A stretch of DNA of 63,142 bases, the filler included, from Chiloscyllium plagiosum (lineage: Eukaryota), in the NCBI RefSeq assembly GCF_004010195.1. It is 4 parts of one record of this genome, joined end to end, with 100 filler letters (N's around TTAATTAATTAA, not from the genome) between each part and the next. Parts side by side here need not be neighbours in the genome. Positions count along the whole stretch, not along the records: positions 18,527 to 47,512 come from NC_057716.1; positions 47,613 to 54,404 come from NC_057716.1; 2 more parts are not named here. One strand, 5' to 3'. Positions within the stretch are counted from its first letter, which is position 1, and each line of letters opens with the position of its first letter. The notes beneath the pieces are model-generated. The model had not been told where the DNA came from. It did not search any database and saw only the letters and a list, made by a program, of their open reading frames with translations. A program made the translations under genes and the position numbers. Below, piece after piece: positions 37,812 through 50,124 of the stretch.

Positions 37812-38376
37812 TGTGAGAAACAGAACTCACTCACAAGCCTGAGACAAAGCCTTGGAAACAAGAACAATTTATTATGGCCTTGCAAGTACCAGGCGCCTCT
37901 GCAATCAAGCAAAAATGCACGCGAAAACAAAGCATGTAAGCTTTCTTATTCAGTTTGCAAGTTGCGGAATCACGCCTCCCTTTTCCCATCCTATCATGAG
38001 CCAATTACCTCACTTGTGTTTTCTCTCTAGTTATTTTCTTATCTGGCCATCCTGCTGTCCTTGTATGTCTGCATTCTTTGTTCCTTGTTTGTTACAGCTT
38101 GTTCTTTTATCCAGTTTCTCTTATCATACTATAAGCTTTATTGTGAAATGCCCCTGCTGCTTCTTTTTGTAGTCAGCTACAACCCTTCATAGTTATTTCC
38201 TAGCTTAAAACTATTTTCTTTAAAAGACCCTCTATATTCATTAAAGTCTTAGCCTTAAGTATGCTACATGCTACATGCTACAAGAATGCCGTGACCGTTT
38301 GTATAATGTTCCCCTTCCCCTCCCCCCACAACACCCCCTCCCCCACCTGCAGAAACTACATTTCTAACCTCCCACA
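37812..38376 (-). repeat. ERV 5' LTR (565 bp)
   Basis: 3' end fixed by the PBS and by homology; 5' end inferred from the TGTGGGA terminus plus the CTCT TSD; internal (TGTAGCA)3. Confidence 0.88.
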
Positions 38377-40952
38377 CTCTGCCAGATTTTCTGAATTCAA
38401 TGGGTAACATTGAATAAATGCTGGCCTTCCCCTTGTAGCCAGCTTTACTTGGTGTTCAGATAAAATCCCTGAAAAATCCATTTTGATGGAGTGGGCAGAG
38501 ACACATTCTGTCAATCACTGAAAAGATGTGTTTTCTCAACGCTCTCATCTTTAGGAGAGCAAAGAAAACACATCGAAGATTCTCTGAAGGTCTTCTGGAA
38601 GCTTGGCAGCTTTGACACTAATGACAGGGAGGAGCTTGCGACAAATTGTATGCAACAATGACAACTTGTCAGCAAGCCACACCACAAATTGAGCCACAAC
38701 ACCTGAATGATGAGGCAAAGTGGCAGCAGAAAAAAAAAAGAAATCCTGCAAACTAGATCACACTGTCCCACGCATATAACGATCTGTTTGTCAAGAACTA
38801 GCCCGTTCAGTTACATGAAGAACCAGGCTAGAAACACATGTCCCTGAATAATCTTCAACTCACAGGGCAGCTGACAAAGGAAGTCATCTCAAAAGCTAAA
38901 AGAAATAGAGGAGGTTAATCCTTCACATAAAACCTGACAGCAGGTCAATACAGAACATACTTTAAAAAATGAAAAGTACACCTAGAATTGATATCAGAAA
39001 GTTCCACAAACAAAGAGTGATCAAAATGAAATGGACTTCTGATGAGGGTAATTTAAAAAAAACAAACTATCAAATTGTACAGGAGATATTTGAAAGATGT
39101 AATGGAATAACTGTAGTTAAATGAACTAAGCTGGATAAGTTCCTCATTTATATCTACCTTAAGTCCAAACAATTTTTAAAATTATTAATAATGTCCAAAT
39201 GATTGCTTATTCCAATTTATAACAGAGAAACGTGTATAATAGAGGTGACTTGCTTTTTAAATCTATGTCAGATATATCTATTCAATCCTACTTCAGTGTT
39301 TACCATTGCGCAGTCACTAATGTTTTTGTCTTGACTTTTATATACTTTCAAATATTTGGATATATTGTTGTGTTATAGAACATCTTGTCCCAGTTTTATA
39401 GATACAGTAACAGCCAATCTGTCAGTCCTTACCATCATTACAATTGTGAAACTGACAGATTGACTGACTTCCAGCCTCTACGTGTCTAGTGAAATACAAA
39501 AGTGCAGGAGTTGTTGTCAGTTATTTTCTAAGCCTCTACAGGATGTGTCATTGAAAGCTTTATAGGTGGAAATCTTTAAAAATCAATCTTTTTTTACACT
39601 ACATCTATGTTAGAATCCCTTGAAAATGTTTTAACTTGTTATTGAAGTGTAAGTGATTTTTTAAATTCCTTATTAAATCACAATTACTACCAAAAATCTT
39701 CCTGGTCACTATCAGTCTAATGTCATGTTTGTGCAATATCCAATTCTTCCATTATGATGCAAGTTACATTTTGTCTACATAACAAAATTGTTATTTTTAA
39801 AGCTTTTTGAAAATTTGGCTTCTATTGTGTACCTATCCAACTATGAGGGACCATAGGCATCTCTCCCTGTTCACTGCAATTCTGCTCACTGCAGTCATCC
39901 CTCCTTACATGTTCTGATCTTTCTCACACATCCTTTTCTGATTGAGCTTGTTTGTTCCTGATGCTTTACATTCTAATATCTTCACCTCTAGACTCAGTGA
40001 TCATGCTATCTCAATTTTTGTTTTTTCATTTCTAAGCTAAAAGCTGCGAGGAGCTCAGACAGAAATGCAATGGTTCTTTGCCCTGTCCAGCTGAAAATAA
40101 GACTTCCGCCAGAGCCATTTTCAAAAGATGTAATCTTCCTTCATCAACTTAATTTGGAGTCCAGTTTCCACGTTTGCACACAAAATATGCTCCATACCAG
40201 AGTTTGGAAGTTTTTTCCAATTGCAAGTTGATATTGGATGCTTCGAATGTGTGCATCTCCAGCTTTATCTCACTCTCTGTAAGACTTATAAAATGTGAAA
40301 GGTAATCAGTGTACTTTATGTCCTAGCTTGCTAACTGTGAGAATCGTTCAATGCAATTGGCTACTCATGGTGTTAAATTGCATCATTGTTGTTGGGCGCC
40401 TGGAGATCCCCTTGACATTGAACTACAGATTAAATCTTAGAATGATTACAACATTAAATCATTTGGTCCTTTAAGCCTGCACTGACCCGCTACAAGAGCA
40501 AAAGCAGTTACCTAGCCACACATCCTGTAATTCTTTTCCCTTCTAGTGCTTATTCACTTCCCTTTTGAAATACCATTGGGTGTCCACTGCATCTTGACTC
40601 TTCTGTCAATGGAAACAGTTTCTCTCTATCTACTTTGTCCAGATGTCACACAATGCTGGAGTGCTGTTTCAAATCTCTTCCTTTCTCCAAAGAGAACTAC
40701 TCCCAACTTTTCCAATTTATTCACACAACCAAAGCCCCTCATTCCCAGAACCATTATTTTCTGCCATCTTTCTGAGGTCTTACAATGGTAGCCAGAGTTT
40801 CACACAATTCTCCATTTGAAGCCAAACCAGTGCTCTATAGAGGTTCAGCACAGAATCCTTGTTTTAGTAATCTCTCCTCCTATTTCTGAAGCACAGGATC
40901 CTGTAAGGCTCTTAATCATTTTCTCAACCAGCCCTGCTGCTTTCAGTGGCAG

Positions 40953-40988
40953 ATTCCTGATGAAGGGCTTATGCCCGAAACGTCGATT
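40953..40988 (+). ncRNA. Minimal hammerhead ribozyme core in a family A pLTR fragment (40953-41048)
   Basis: CTGATGA(40957-40963)-A-GGGC-TTAT-GCCC-GAAA-CG-TC; predicted cut after C40984; stem I weak. Confidence 0.65.
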
Positions 40989-41629
40989 TTCCTGCTCCTC
41001 GGATGCTGCCTGACCTGCTGTGCTTTTTCAGCACCACACTCTTTGACTGCCACTTCTAGTGATTTGTTCACATTTACCTCCAGGTCCCTCTGTTCCCGTA
41101 CCTACTTTTGAATTGAACCTTTATAATTTAATTCACCTGTCCTCAATCTTCCTACTTAAAATAACTTACTTAAAACTTTTCTGCATCTGTCATGTGTCTG
41201 CTCATTCCATGAGCTTGTCGACATCCTTTTATGATCTTGAAGACAATCACTATGCTCTTCTCATTTGTCTAGTATCTGCCCTGGGAAGCACCTCTTCCTT
41301 TAGTTTATAAAATAACCATTCACCAATACTTTCTAATTAAAACTCAGCATTGTCATTACTCTTTAGTTTTCACACCTGTCTGCAACTTTCCTACAAATTA
41401 ATTCCCTACAAATTATATCTTTCCTACTAGATGATAACTTGTAGGATACACCTCGCAGTGAAATGCTTCCATTGTTGTTCCTTAACTTTAACCAAATAGA
41501 TTCTGTTTTCGTCTCTACCAGGGCATCCTTTATCTCCAGGACTATAATAGCTTTCTTAACATTGCCACCGCTCCTCCTTTCTTTTCTTAGCTTTCTTTCC
41601 TGACCTCCTTTATCCAGGAATATTTCGTA

Positions 41630-42107
41630 CACTACAGTGTACACTACAGTGTACAAAACCCCATGCAAGGACTGCACAAAACACTACATAGGACAAACAG
41701 GAAGACAGCTAATGATCCGCATCCATGAACACCAACTAGCCACGAAACAACACGACCAGCTATCCTTAGTAGCCACACACTCAGATGACAAGCAACATGA
41801 GTTTGACTGGGACAACACTACTATTATAGGACAAGCCAAACAGAGAACAGCCAGGGAATTCCTAGAGGCATGGCATTCATCCAAGATTCAATCAATAAGC
41901 ACATCGACCTGGACCCAATATACCGGCCACTGCAGCGGACAGCTGGAACTGACATCCGGAAGCGGCAGATACAAATCACTATAAATGCCGGAGGAAACAT
42001 CACAGAAGCGCTTCACAGGAGGCTCCCAAGCACTGAGGATGTCATCTAGACAGGGGACGAAATGTCTGCAACACAAATTCCCAGCTCGGTGAACAGAACA
42101 ACAACAT
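41630..42107 (+). mobile_element. Penelope-like element 3' end: GIY-YIG endonuclease plus pLTR
   Basis: VYKTPCKDCTKHYIGQTGR..IRIHEH...VATH...HEFDWD...REFLEAWH. Confidence 0.92.
42030..42069 (+). ncRNA. Minimal type I hammerhead ribozyme in the Penelope pLTR
   Basis: GCA-CTGAGGA-T-GTC...GAC-GAAA-TG-TC-TGC: stem I GCA/TGC, stem II GTC/GAC, GUC cleavage triplet. Confidence 0.75.
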
Positions 42108-42359
42108 TAAAAACCAACCAAGTGGCCTGTACGGTACCATCTCTCCAGTACTGGTGTGCTCAGTGACATCTTTGACCCTTGCACCAGGCAGGCAACTTAC
42201 CAGCTTGGTGTCCTATGTATAGCTGCAGAAATGCCTGTGTGTTACCCTAACTATTCAATCCATTTTCAATATTGCTTTCCTGATCATCTCCCTCTACTGC
42301 CACACGCCCAATCCACAAAGCTGAACTACCAGCGGACTTCGCTGTGGCTGCAGTCATTG

Positions 42360-42965
42360 AACATAGAATCACATATCAGTACAGCACAGGAACAGGCCCT
42401 TCAGCCTGTGATGTTGTGCTGTACATGACGCCTAATTTAAATAATCCTTTCTGCCTGCCCTTGATCCATATCTCTCCGTTCCTTGATATTCATATGCTTA
42501 TCTAAAGTCCCCACAATGACCTATTATATCTGCCTCTACCACCACCCTTGGCAGCACTCCTCCCACTCTAAGCTTTTGCCCGAAATGTCGATTCTCCTGC
42601 TCCTCAGATGCTGCCTGACCTGTGCTTTTCCAGCATCACACTCTTGACTCTGATCTCCAGCACCTGCATTCCTCACTTTCCTCACCCACTCTCTGTCTGA
42701 AAAAGTGTCCCTCACATCTTCTTTGAACTTTCCCCCTTAAATGCATGCCTCCTGGTTTGGGACATTTCAACTCTGGGGAAATGATTCCGACCATCAAACA
42801 TATCAATGCATCCTGTATTTTATAGACTTCTATCAAGTTTCCTAGCAGCCTCCACCACTCCGGAGAAAACAACTTCAGTTTTTCTAGCCTCTCCTTATAG
42901 CTCACACCCTTTAATCCAGGCAGCATCTTGGTAAACCTCTTCTGCACCTTCTCCAAAGTCTCCAC
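42360..42965 (-). mobile_element. CR1 3' end interrupted by a family A pLTR insertion (~42570-42684)
   Basis: LEKVQKRFTKMLPGL..YKERL..GNLIEVYKI; CCCACTCT duplicated at 42562-42569 and 42685-42692. Confidence 0.85.
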
Positions 42966-44399
42966 AGTCCTCAGAGGAATCATTGTCCTCATCAGTATTT
43001 AAAATTGAATACTGGTTGAAGTGCAAGGTGAAATTGGGAATTCACTTGATGTCCAATTTAAATTAACATTGGAATAAGTGAAATCCAAATGCCATGGAGT
43101 TCAATTGGTGTTTGAGGGACATCTGTTTTTGATGTCAGCAGCAAGCAACATCACTTTGGCACCAAGTCAAAAATGACTGACACCTTCTCAGCAATTATGA
43201 GGGCTTGACAAGTAATGCTTTGACAATATCTGATAATTTAAAAATAATTAGATTGTGATATATTGTTAAATTATGGCGCATTGTAGAATTGCGGTACACT
43301 GTTGAATTGGAGTATGTTGGCCATATTTACTGACGGAATAACTGGGCAAAGTTGGTTTAGCTTCCAAGTGATTCCAATCAACTCCAAGGTGAGCTGCTGA
43401 GGCTCTATTCTGAAATCTAAACAAAGCTTTGAACCTTTTGCTGAACGTGATAATCAGTGGCATGCTTTGGCTACAAATTTGTACAAATATGAAATTGAAA
43501 TGCGAGCAGAAATGGAAATATGGAGAACTGAAAGGCAGATTTTGAAAGTTTTTTTTTCAAGGAATGGAATAGCATTGTTGCCTCTACTACATTTCTATTC
43601 CACTGTAGTTGAGCTATAATGATATGGAAGCTAATGACCATGAACCGGGTTACAGCCACACACTTGTGATCACAGAAACTGAAGCAATGGTTCTAAAAAT
43701 ATTGGAGCATACATTGAAAAATCTCTCCTTACAATTAACTTCCTCATCATCAATGTTGACTGGAACCTCTTCTTCTGCAACAAAGCGTAAACAGCTATCA
43801 AAAATCATTCTACCAGCTTGTTGTTAGAGAAGATTATAACAATTGACTTTATGTTATACCCAACTGATAAGGATTTACATTCCAAATTTACAGTTTTGTT
43901 CCAGATGTTTATTGACATGGATACTTGTTAGAATTAGTATCTGATTGTGAATTTAATAATAGTTGGATTGCTTAGGAAGGGTTGAGAAAATTAATATCTG
44001 ATCTGACTGCGCAGTAAATGCGTATCTGTCCTTGAGCTCATGCTGGGTGATCTTGGCAGGGCATGACAGTAAGGCAAAAATATGAACAATAACAAAAAGC
44101 ATGAACAATATCAGTAAGTGGCAGTTCTTTGCGTGACCAGTAAACATAGGCAAGCACAAGCTGTTAAATATTTAATCACATTCCTTTTGGAGGAGATGAG
44201 CTTGTTTTTAGCATATGAGCAAGGAACAACAGTGCACTGAGTGAGACAATATTACCGTGTAAACAAAAAGGAACAGTGCAAAGGTATTGAACGAGTTTGG
44301 AAAAGCTTTTGTTCATGAGATAAATATTTCTTTCTAAGTGTGTTTGTAGAATGAGGGTGTTGCTAACTAGGTCCACATGTCTATGGCAGATGATCAGAT

Positions 44400-45245
44400 T
44401 GTTTCTTATAACAGGTGGCTTTCCACTTGTGTGGTGCAAATGTTCTTTGCCACTTAACATTGTATTCTGTATCTGAGGAGTTGTGGATGGTATTGAAGAC
44501 TGCAGTCGTTATCAAACATGTGCATTTCCTGTCGTCTTATGGAGGGAAGGTCATTGAAATAGTCAAAGATGCTTGAGTTTAGTTCACAGGTGTGCAAAAC
44601 ACTTGCATCAATGTCTTGGGACTGGAATGATTGACAATCACAATTACAACTATCCAACAGGTTAGGTTAGGTATCATTGCCAGCCAGTGGACTCCTTGCA
44701 CCTGATCAATGCTCGCTCGAGAGTTGAAAAATGTGGTGCTGGAAAAACACAGCAGGCCAGGCAGCATCCGAGGTGCAGAAGAATCGACGTTTCGGGCATA
44801 AGCCCTTCTTCCTCATTCCTGAAGAAGGGCTTATGCCCGAAACATCTATTCTCCTGCTCCTTGAATGCTGCCTGGCCTGCTGTGTTTTTCCAGCACCACA
44901 TTTTTCAACTCTGGTCTCCAGCATCTGCAGTCCTCACTTTCTCCCAATGCTCGCTCTAACCTGAGTTGCTCCTGTATAAATTTCTGAGTTCTGTGCTCTG
45001 TATATTTAAACCAGAGCACAAATCATACAGAGGGTGATGTGGTGCGCACAGAGTTTCTGAGTGCTCACAGGAAGCACTTCCCCTGATTACCATTTATTGT
45101 AATTTTGCCAGAGGCTCCTGATGCCACACTTGATTGAATGTTGCCTTGGTGGCCAGGGCAGTAACTCTCTCTTCATTAGTTGAGTTCAGCTCTTTTATCA
45201 ATCTTTGGATCATGGCTATAACAAGATCTTAACCGAGCGTTAGTG
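44400..45245 (-). mobile_element. Degenerate LINE RT fragment (family of 19200-21200)
   Basis: Nucleotide similarity to 19200-19620; NDLPSIRRQEMHMFDND motif. Confidence 0.6.
44719..44944 (+). mobile_element. Penelope pLTR hairpin element, family A
   Basis: ~90-bp inverted arms; perfect 12-bp TSD CAATGCTCGCTC at 44707-44718 and 44945-44956; CTGAAGA-A-GGGC-TTAT-GCCC-GAAA at 44819-44842. Confidence 0.9.
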
Positions 45246-45254
45246 AGCATGACT

Positions 45255-45530
45255 TCATTCCTCCCACCATCCAAGGCCCCAGTCAGATCTTCTAGGTGAA
45301 GCAGCAGTTTATCAGTTCTCCATTTAATTTAGTTTACTGTATTTCGTTGTTCACAATGTGGTCTGATGTACACTGGGGAGATGAAACACAGACTGAGTGA
45401 CTGCTTTGCAGGATACCTCTGTCCTGGCCATAAAAATGAACTTGAACTTCTAGTTGCCTGTCACTTCAACACACGACCATGTTCCATGACGAACATCTCT
45501 ATCTCAGGCTTGTTGCAGTGTTCCTGGAAA
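45255..45530 (+). mobile_element. Degenerate Penelope GIY-YIG fragment
   Basis: LVYCI.CSQCGLMYTGEMKHRLSDCF...LLVACHFN. Confidence 0.75.
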
Positions 45531-45566
45531 ACATATATTGTAGGCCTGATGAAGGAGATGTTTTAA

Positions 45567-45820
45567 ATAAAATCAGAAAGTGCTGGAGAATCTCATAGGT
45601 CTGGCTTTATCTGTGAAGAGAGAAGCAAATTAACTGTTTTGAGTCTGATATAACTTTTCTTTCGAACTGCAGAGGGCTGTCCAAAGAAGAATTATACCAG
45701 ACTCAAAATGCTAACCTTCTTCCTCTCACCATCGATGCTGCCAGACTTGCTGTGTTTCTCCAGCGCTTCCAATTTTTTTAAATGTCAGATCTCCGTTTAT
45801 CTACAGTACTTTGCTTCATT
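45567..45820. mobile_element. Old Penelope pLTR hairpin, family C
   Basis: Degenerate inverted arms (GCTGGAGAA...TCTGGC / GCCAGAC...TTCTCCAGC); relatives near 12230, 30203, 49010, 55400 and 55885. Confidence 0.65.
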
Positions 45821-46224
45821 TTGAAGACGTGCGTTTTTTGTAAATTTAACAGCTGAATTCATATGTCAAAGTTATTTTGGGGAGCTATTAAAGGGATGAC
45901 CTATCCACAGATGACAAATGTAGTTACTTGTAGCTTTGTTACCAGGAGGTTTGTTTGTGACATTGGTGGACTTGAAATGGAACCGACTTGGAGTCCTTGC
46001 AATGTTATGATCTCTGGTTCTTAAGGCATGAGTGTTATTGACTTTTCTGCTGCTGTGTCTTCTGCAAGATAAGGCATAAGCCTGTATGGTGTTTAAGCGC
46101 AGACAATGGGAGGGATGGGCAGGGGCTTTGAACAATCACTGATTTTGTTTCAGAAGGACATACTAATACAGGAATGTTTCTTGGATGGTCTCAGGTTATG
46201 GGTCATTGACATGTCTTAGCCAGG

Positions 46225-46570
46225 AATATAGGTTTGATTAGGAGTAGTCAGCATAGCTTTGTGTGTGAGAGATCATACCTCACAAATTTGTAAGAATTCT
46301 TTGATGAAGTGACCAGGAAGGTTGATGAGGGCAGGGCGATAGACGTAGACTAGATGGATTTCATTAAGGCCTTTGATAAGGTTTCATATGGTAGGCTGCT
46401 CTGGAAGTTTAGATCTCATGGAGTCCAGGGAGAGCTGGTAAATTGGATACACAGTTGGCTTGATGGTAAGAAGCAGAAAATAACAGTGGAAGGGTGTTTG
46501 TCGAAATGGAGGGCTGTGCTAGTGGTGTGCCTCAGGGGTTAGTGCTGAGCCCATGGCTGTTTGTTATCTA
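46225..46570 (+). mobile_element. CR1 RT fragment
   Basis: MDFIKAFDKVSYGRLLWK..HGVQG..WI.SWL. Confidence 0.85.
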
Positions 46571-46866
46571 CAAAGGAACCTTGATTATCTGAATGCGAAT
46601 TATCCAAAAATGGGATTATCCGAAGGAGATCTTGAGGTCCCGATAGAAACATTACATCAAAGATGTGTTTCCAACATGGATTGTGTCTTTTGTTTACAGT
46701 GATTAAACAGGCACCGTCTCCAAATGACTGACCTCCTGCCCTCTCACTCTCTCCCACACTTTTCCTGGAGTTCTACAAAAGGGTCTACCCTAACGCCCCC
46801 ACCATTCCCCAGATAATCTGACCAACATTGTCCTATACAGGGCAGAGGTGGAGCCTGTCAAAAAGT

Positions 46867-46900
<34 letters not shown>

Positions 46901-47512
46901 CGCGCGCTGTTTGGAGACTTACCCCACAAACGCATCATGTAGCAGCAGCAGTCTTGTTGTTGGTTTACAGTCCGGCTGCCCTGGACAAGGGGTGGGGGTG
47001 GATGTAGAAGGACGGTGGTTTTGGACGGTGTTGGTGTGGCAGTGTTGAATGGGGTTGGGGTGCAGTGTTGGATGGGGTTGGGGTGCAGTGTTGGATGGGG
47101 TTGGGGTGCAGTGTTGGATGGGGTTGGGGTGCAGTGTTGGATGGGGTTGGGGTGCAGTGTTGGATGGGGTTGGGGTGCAGTGTTGGATGGGGTTGGGGTG
47201 CAGTGTTGGATGGGGTTGGGGTGCAGTGTTGGATGGGGTTGGGGTGCAGTGTTGGATGGGGTTGGGGTGCAGTGTTGGATGGGGTTGGGGTGCAGTGTTG
47301 GATGGGGTTGGGGTGCAGTGTTGGATGGGGTTGGGGTGCAGTGTTGGATGGGGTTGGGGTGCAGTGTTGGATGGGGTTGGGGTGCAGTGTTGGATGGGGT
47401 TGGGGTGCAGTGTTGGATGGGGTTGGGGTGCAGTGTTGGATGGGGTTGGGGTGCAGTGTTGGATGGGGTTGGGGTGCAGTGTTGGATGGGGTTGGGGTGC
47501 AGTATTGGATGG
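46571..47512. mobile_element. Second copy, inverted, of the Tc1/pogo-like element; truncated by a gap
   Basis: TA + CAAAGGAACCTTGATTATCTGAA TIR; colinear reverse-complement similarity to 12950-13303 and 13858-13915. Confidence 0.85.
47049..47512 (+). repeat. 23-bp G-rich minisatellite (GATGGGGTTGGGGTGCAGTGTTG)n, about 20 copies, running into a gap
   Basis: Direct reading; near-perfect period of 23. Confidence 0.97.
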
Positions 47513-47612
47513 NNNNNNNNNNNNNNNNNNNNNNNNNNNNNNNNNNNNNNNNNNNNTTAATTAATTAANNNNNNNNNNNNNNNNNNNNNNNNNNNNNNNN
47601 NNNNNNNNNNNN

Positions 47613-47815
47613 TAGATTCTTTACTCAGCGAGTCGTGAGTTCATGGAATGTCCTGCCAGTAGCAGTGGTGGACTCTCCCTCTTTATGGGCATTTAAACGG
47701 GCATTAGATAGGCATATGGAGGATAGTGGGCTAGTGTAGGTTAGGTGGGCTTGGATCGGCGCAACATCGAGGGCCAAAGGGTCTGTAGTGCGCTGTATTT
47801 TTCTATGTTCTATGT
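47613..47815 (+). mobile_element. LINE 3' end (family of 1-412)
   Basis: Near-identical to 211-412. Confidence 0.9.
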
Positions 47816-48087
47816 AAGCTCCACGGAGTTCAGCTCAGATTCTACCACACAAGCAGCAAACAAGGTCAGTATTTGTTAAACCCAACTCCTTAGATTGGGT
47901 CCAGTTTCCCTTCACTTTCCCTAGCGTGGGGGATTTGGAGCCTAGTCTGTCTCTCTAGCAAGACGAAAATATTTTATTAGTTAGCTCTGCTGTTTGGTCC
48001 TGTTTAATGTTTTATAAATTACTCATTCAAATATTCAATTTATTGCTTTGAAATAGTTTTATTACAGGAAACATCTTTCTAAAATTG

Positions 48088-48226
48088 ATGTGGAGATGCC
48101 GTTGTTGGATTGGGATGGACAAAGTTAAAAATCACAACACCAGGTTCTAGTCCAGCAGGTTTATTTGGAAGCACTCGCAAATAAACTTGATGGACTCTAA
48201 CCTGATGTTGTGAGAGTCTTAACTTT
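48088..48226 (-). mobile_element. Penelope family B hairpin remnant lacking the ribozyme core
   Basis: GTTAAAAATCACAACACCAGGTT..GTCCA matches 4069-4120; degenerate inverted arm follows. Confidence 0.7.
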
Positions 48227-50124
48227 CTAAAATTGGATAACACTGCCGTAGAGTGGAACAGAAGTTCACCAAACAAGTCCCTGGGATGGTGGGATTTTGT
48301 AAGGACAGACTGGCCTCCTATTTGCTAGATTTCCAAGAAATGAATGGTTATGTTATTCAAATGTACAAAATTCATACAGGTACGACAAGGTGGATGCAGA
48401 TAGGAGCTCCCCCAGCTGAGGACTTTAGAACAACCAGGTATAATCTTACAGATAAGGACAGGCCATTTAAAAAGGAAATGGAGCAATTTCTTCATTCTGG
48501 GTGGTGAATCATTAGAAGTCTCAGCCAAAGAGATCCATAAAAACTTAATCATTGAGCATGTAGTAAACAAAATTCTAGCTACTAATAATGACAAAGGTAG
48601 CACAGGAAGTGGCACTGCAATGGATGATCAGTCAAGATCAAATTTAATAGAATGAACTAGACAGGCTGAATGGACTATATATGTACTGCCAATCTTATTT
48701 AATGACTATATTTCAACAGGATACCAAACTAGTGTCAAATTCTAAACACCACAGTTTAGGAAGGGCCTGAAGGCTTTGGAGAGATTTACTTGAATCATTT
48801 CTAGAATGACAAATGTCAGTTACATGGCTGAAGCTGACAGCCTTTTTTGGCCTAAGGAAAATGAAGAGAAAATTTGACAGAGGTGTTTAAATTCATGGAA
48901 AATGTAGAGAGAGTAAACAAAAATATCTAGTAGCTAAAGGGGCAAGATTAGAGGGCACAAGTAATTGGCAAGCAAGTCACAGCCAGCAGGAAGCAATGCT
49001 AAATTGTAATAAAATACTGCAGAAGCTGGAAATCCTAAAATAAAAAAAGCAGAAAATGCTAGAAAAACTCACCAAGTCTGACAACATCTGTAGTGAGAGA
49101 AACAGGACTAACATTGAGTGGAATGGCTCTTCAAAGTGTTAGAGAACTTGGTGATCCATCAGAGATTCCTGTCTACAGCCATGCACTCAAGATTCCTTCC
49201 TGCTAATTTGAGACTGGAAATTGCGATTGTACTAGAAAAGGCATAAGGATTTTCAGAAGATACTGGATGGAAGTGGAGGAACTTATTGAAAGTGGATAGG
49301 AAAGATGTGTGAAAAAGTTTGAAAACAACATTTTAGACTCATACAGTACAGAAGAGGCCCTTGAGCCCATCCCATCTGCACTGACTTATGTACGCTAATA
49401 TCACCTTCCAGCGCTTGGCCCAGAGCCTTCACTTATGAATTCAAGAGCACAACCACATACTTTTGAAAGTTGAGATATTTCCTACCTCTACTTCCCTCCC
49501 AAAAGGGAGTTTCATTACAGAAGGAAATTCCATTGCAGGTGGCACATCAGAACATGAAATAGAAACTTGCAGAGTGTAGGAAAATATCAGAGTAGTTTTA
49601 GCAATATAGAAAGCTATTGGAAGATCCTAAAGAGGACAGTGAGTTGCTTAGAAAACCAAAGATCTTAAAGCAATCAGTGTAAAAAGTAAATTTGGAGTCT
49701 TGGGCCCAATAATAGCAATGATTTAAGTTAATAAATAACCTACCACTGTTCTCAAAATTGTGTATCATGGCACAATTACATAGGTGGCCATAATGTGAGC
49801 GAATGTGCCACTGTCCATTAGAGAACAGGTGAAGGTGGAAAAAATAGTCAAGATGCATTCAAGCAAAGGCCAAAGTTACTTCAGTGCAGAAATCGATCCT
49901 ATAGTAGAAAGAAAGACATTATGATGAGTAATGTGCTTGGAAACCAAAGAATAATTGGCAAGGAGGAACTTAAGAGGTATTCATACAATTATTTTAACAT
50001 TTCTTGACAAATTAATTCCATGCATATGATTTGCTTTTTACTTAATAAATACTTGGCTTTAGCATCCCACAAATGCGTAGTTAGAAATAAAGTGCCTATG
50101 GCTTATAAAGAATTTCAAATATCT

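Larger units (their letters stand above)
31309..38376 (-). mobile_element. Defective class I (gamma-like) endogenous retrovirus provirus
   Basis: Two LTRs, TG...CA ends with imperfect inverted termini (TGTGGGA...TCTCACA), 4-bp TSD CTCT at 31305-31308 and 38377-38380, PBS-Pro, gag-pro-pol, env remnant. Confidence 0.95.

Noticed and set aside
38283..38330. Alternative 5' LTR start at 38282 (TGTAGC) or 38330, and a purine tract that resembles a PPT
   Set aside because: Neither boundary gives a TSD. 38376 gives both the CTCT TSD and an inverted terminus, so the tract lies inside U3. The real PPT should be in the gap.
47015..47568. Three overlapping Gly/Trp/Cys-rich repetitive ORFs
   Set aside because: Translation of the stop-free 23-bp minisatellite; no spacers, so not CRISPR-like either.
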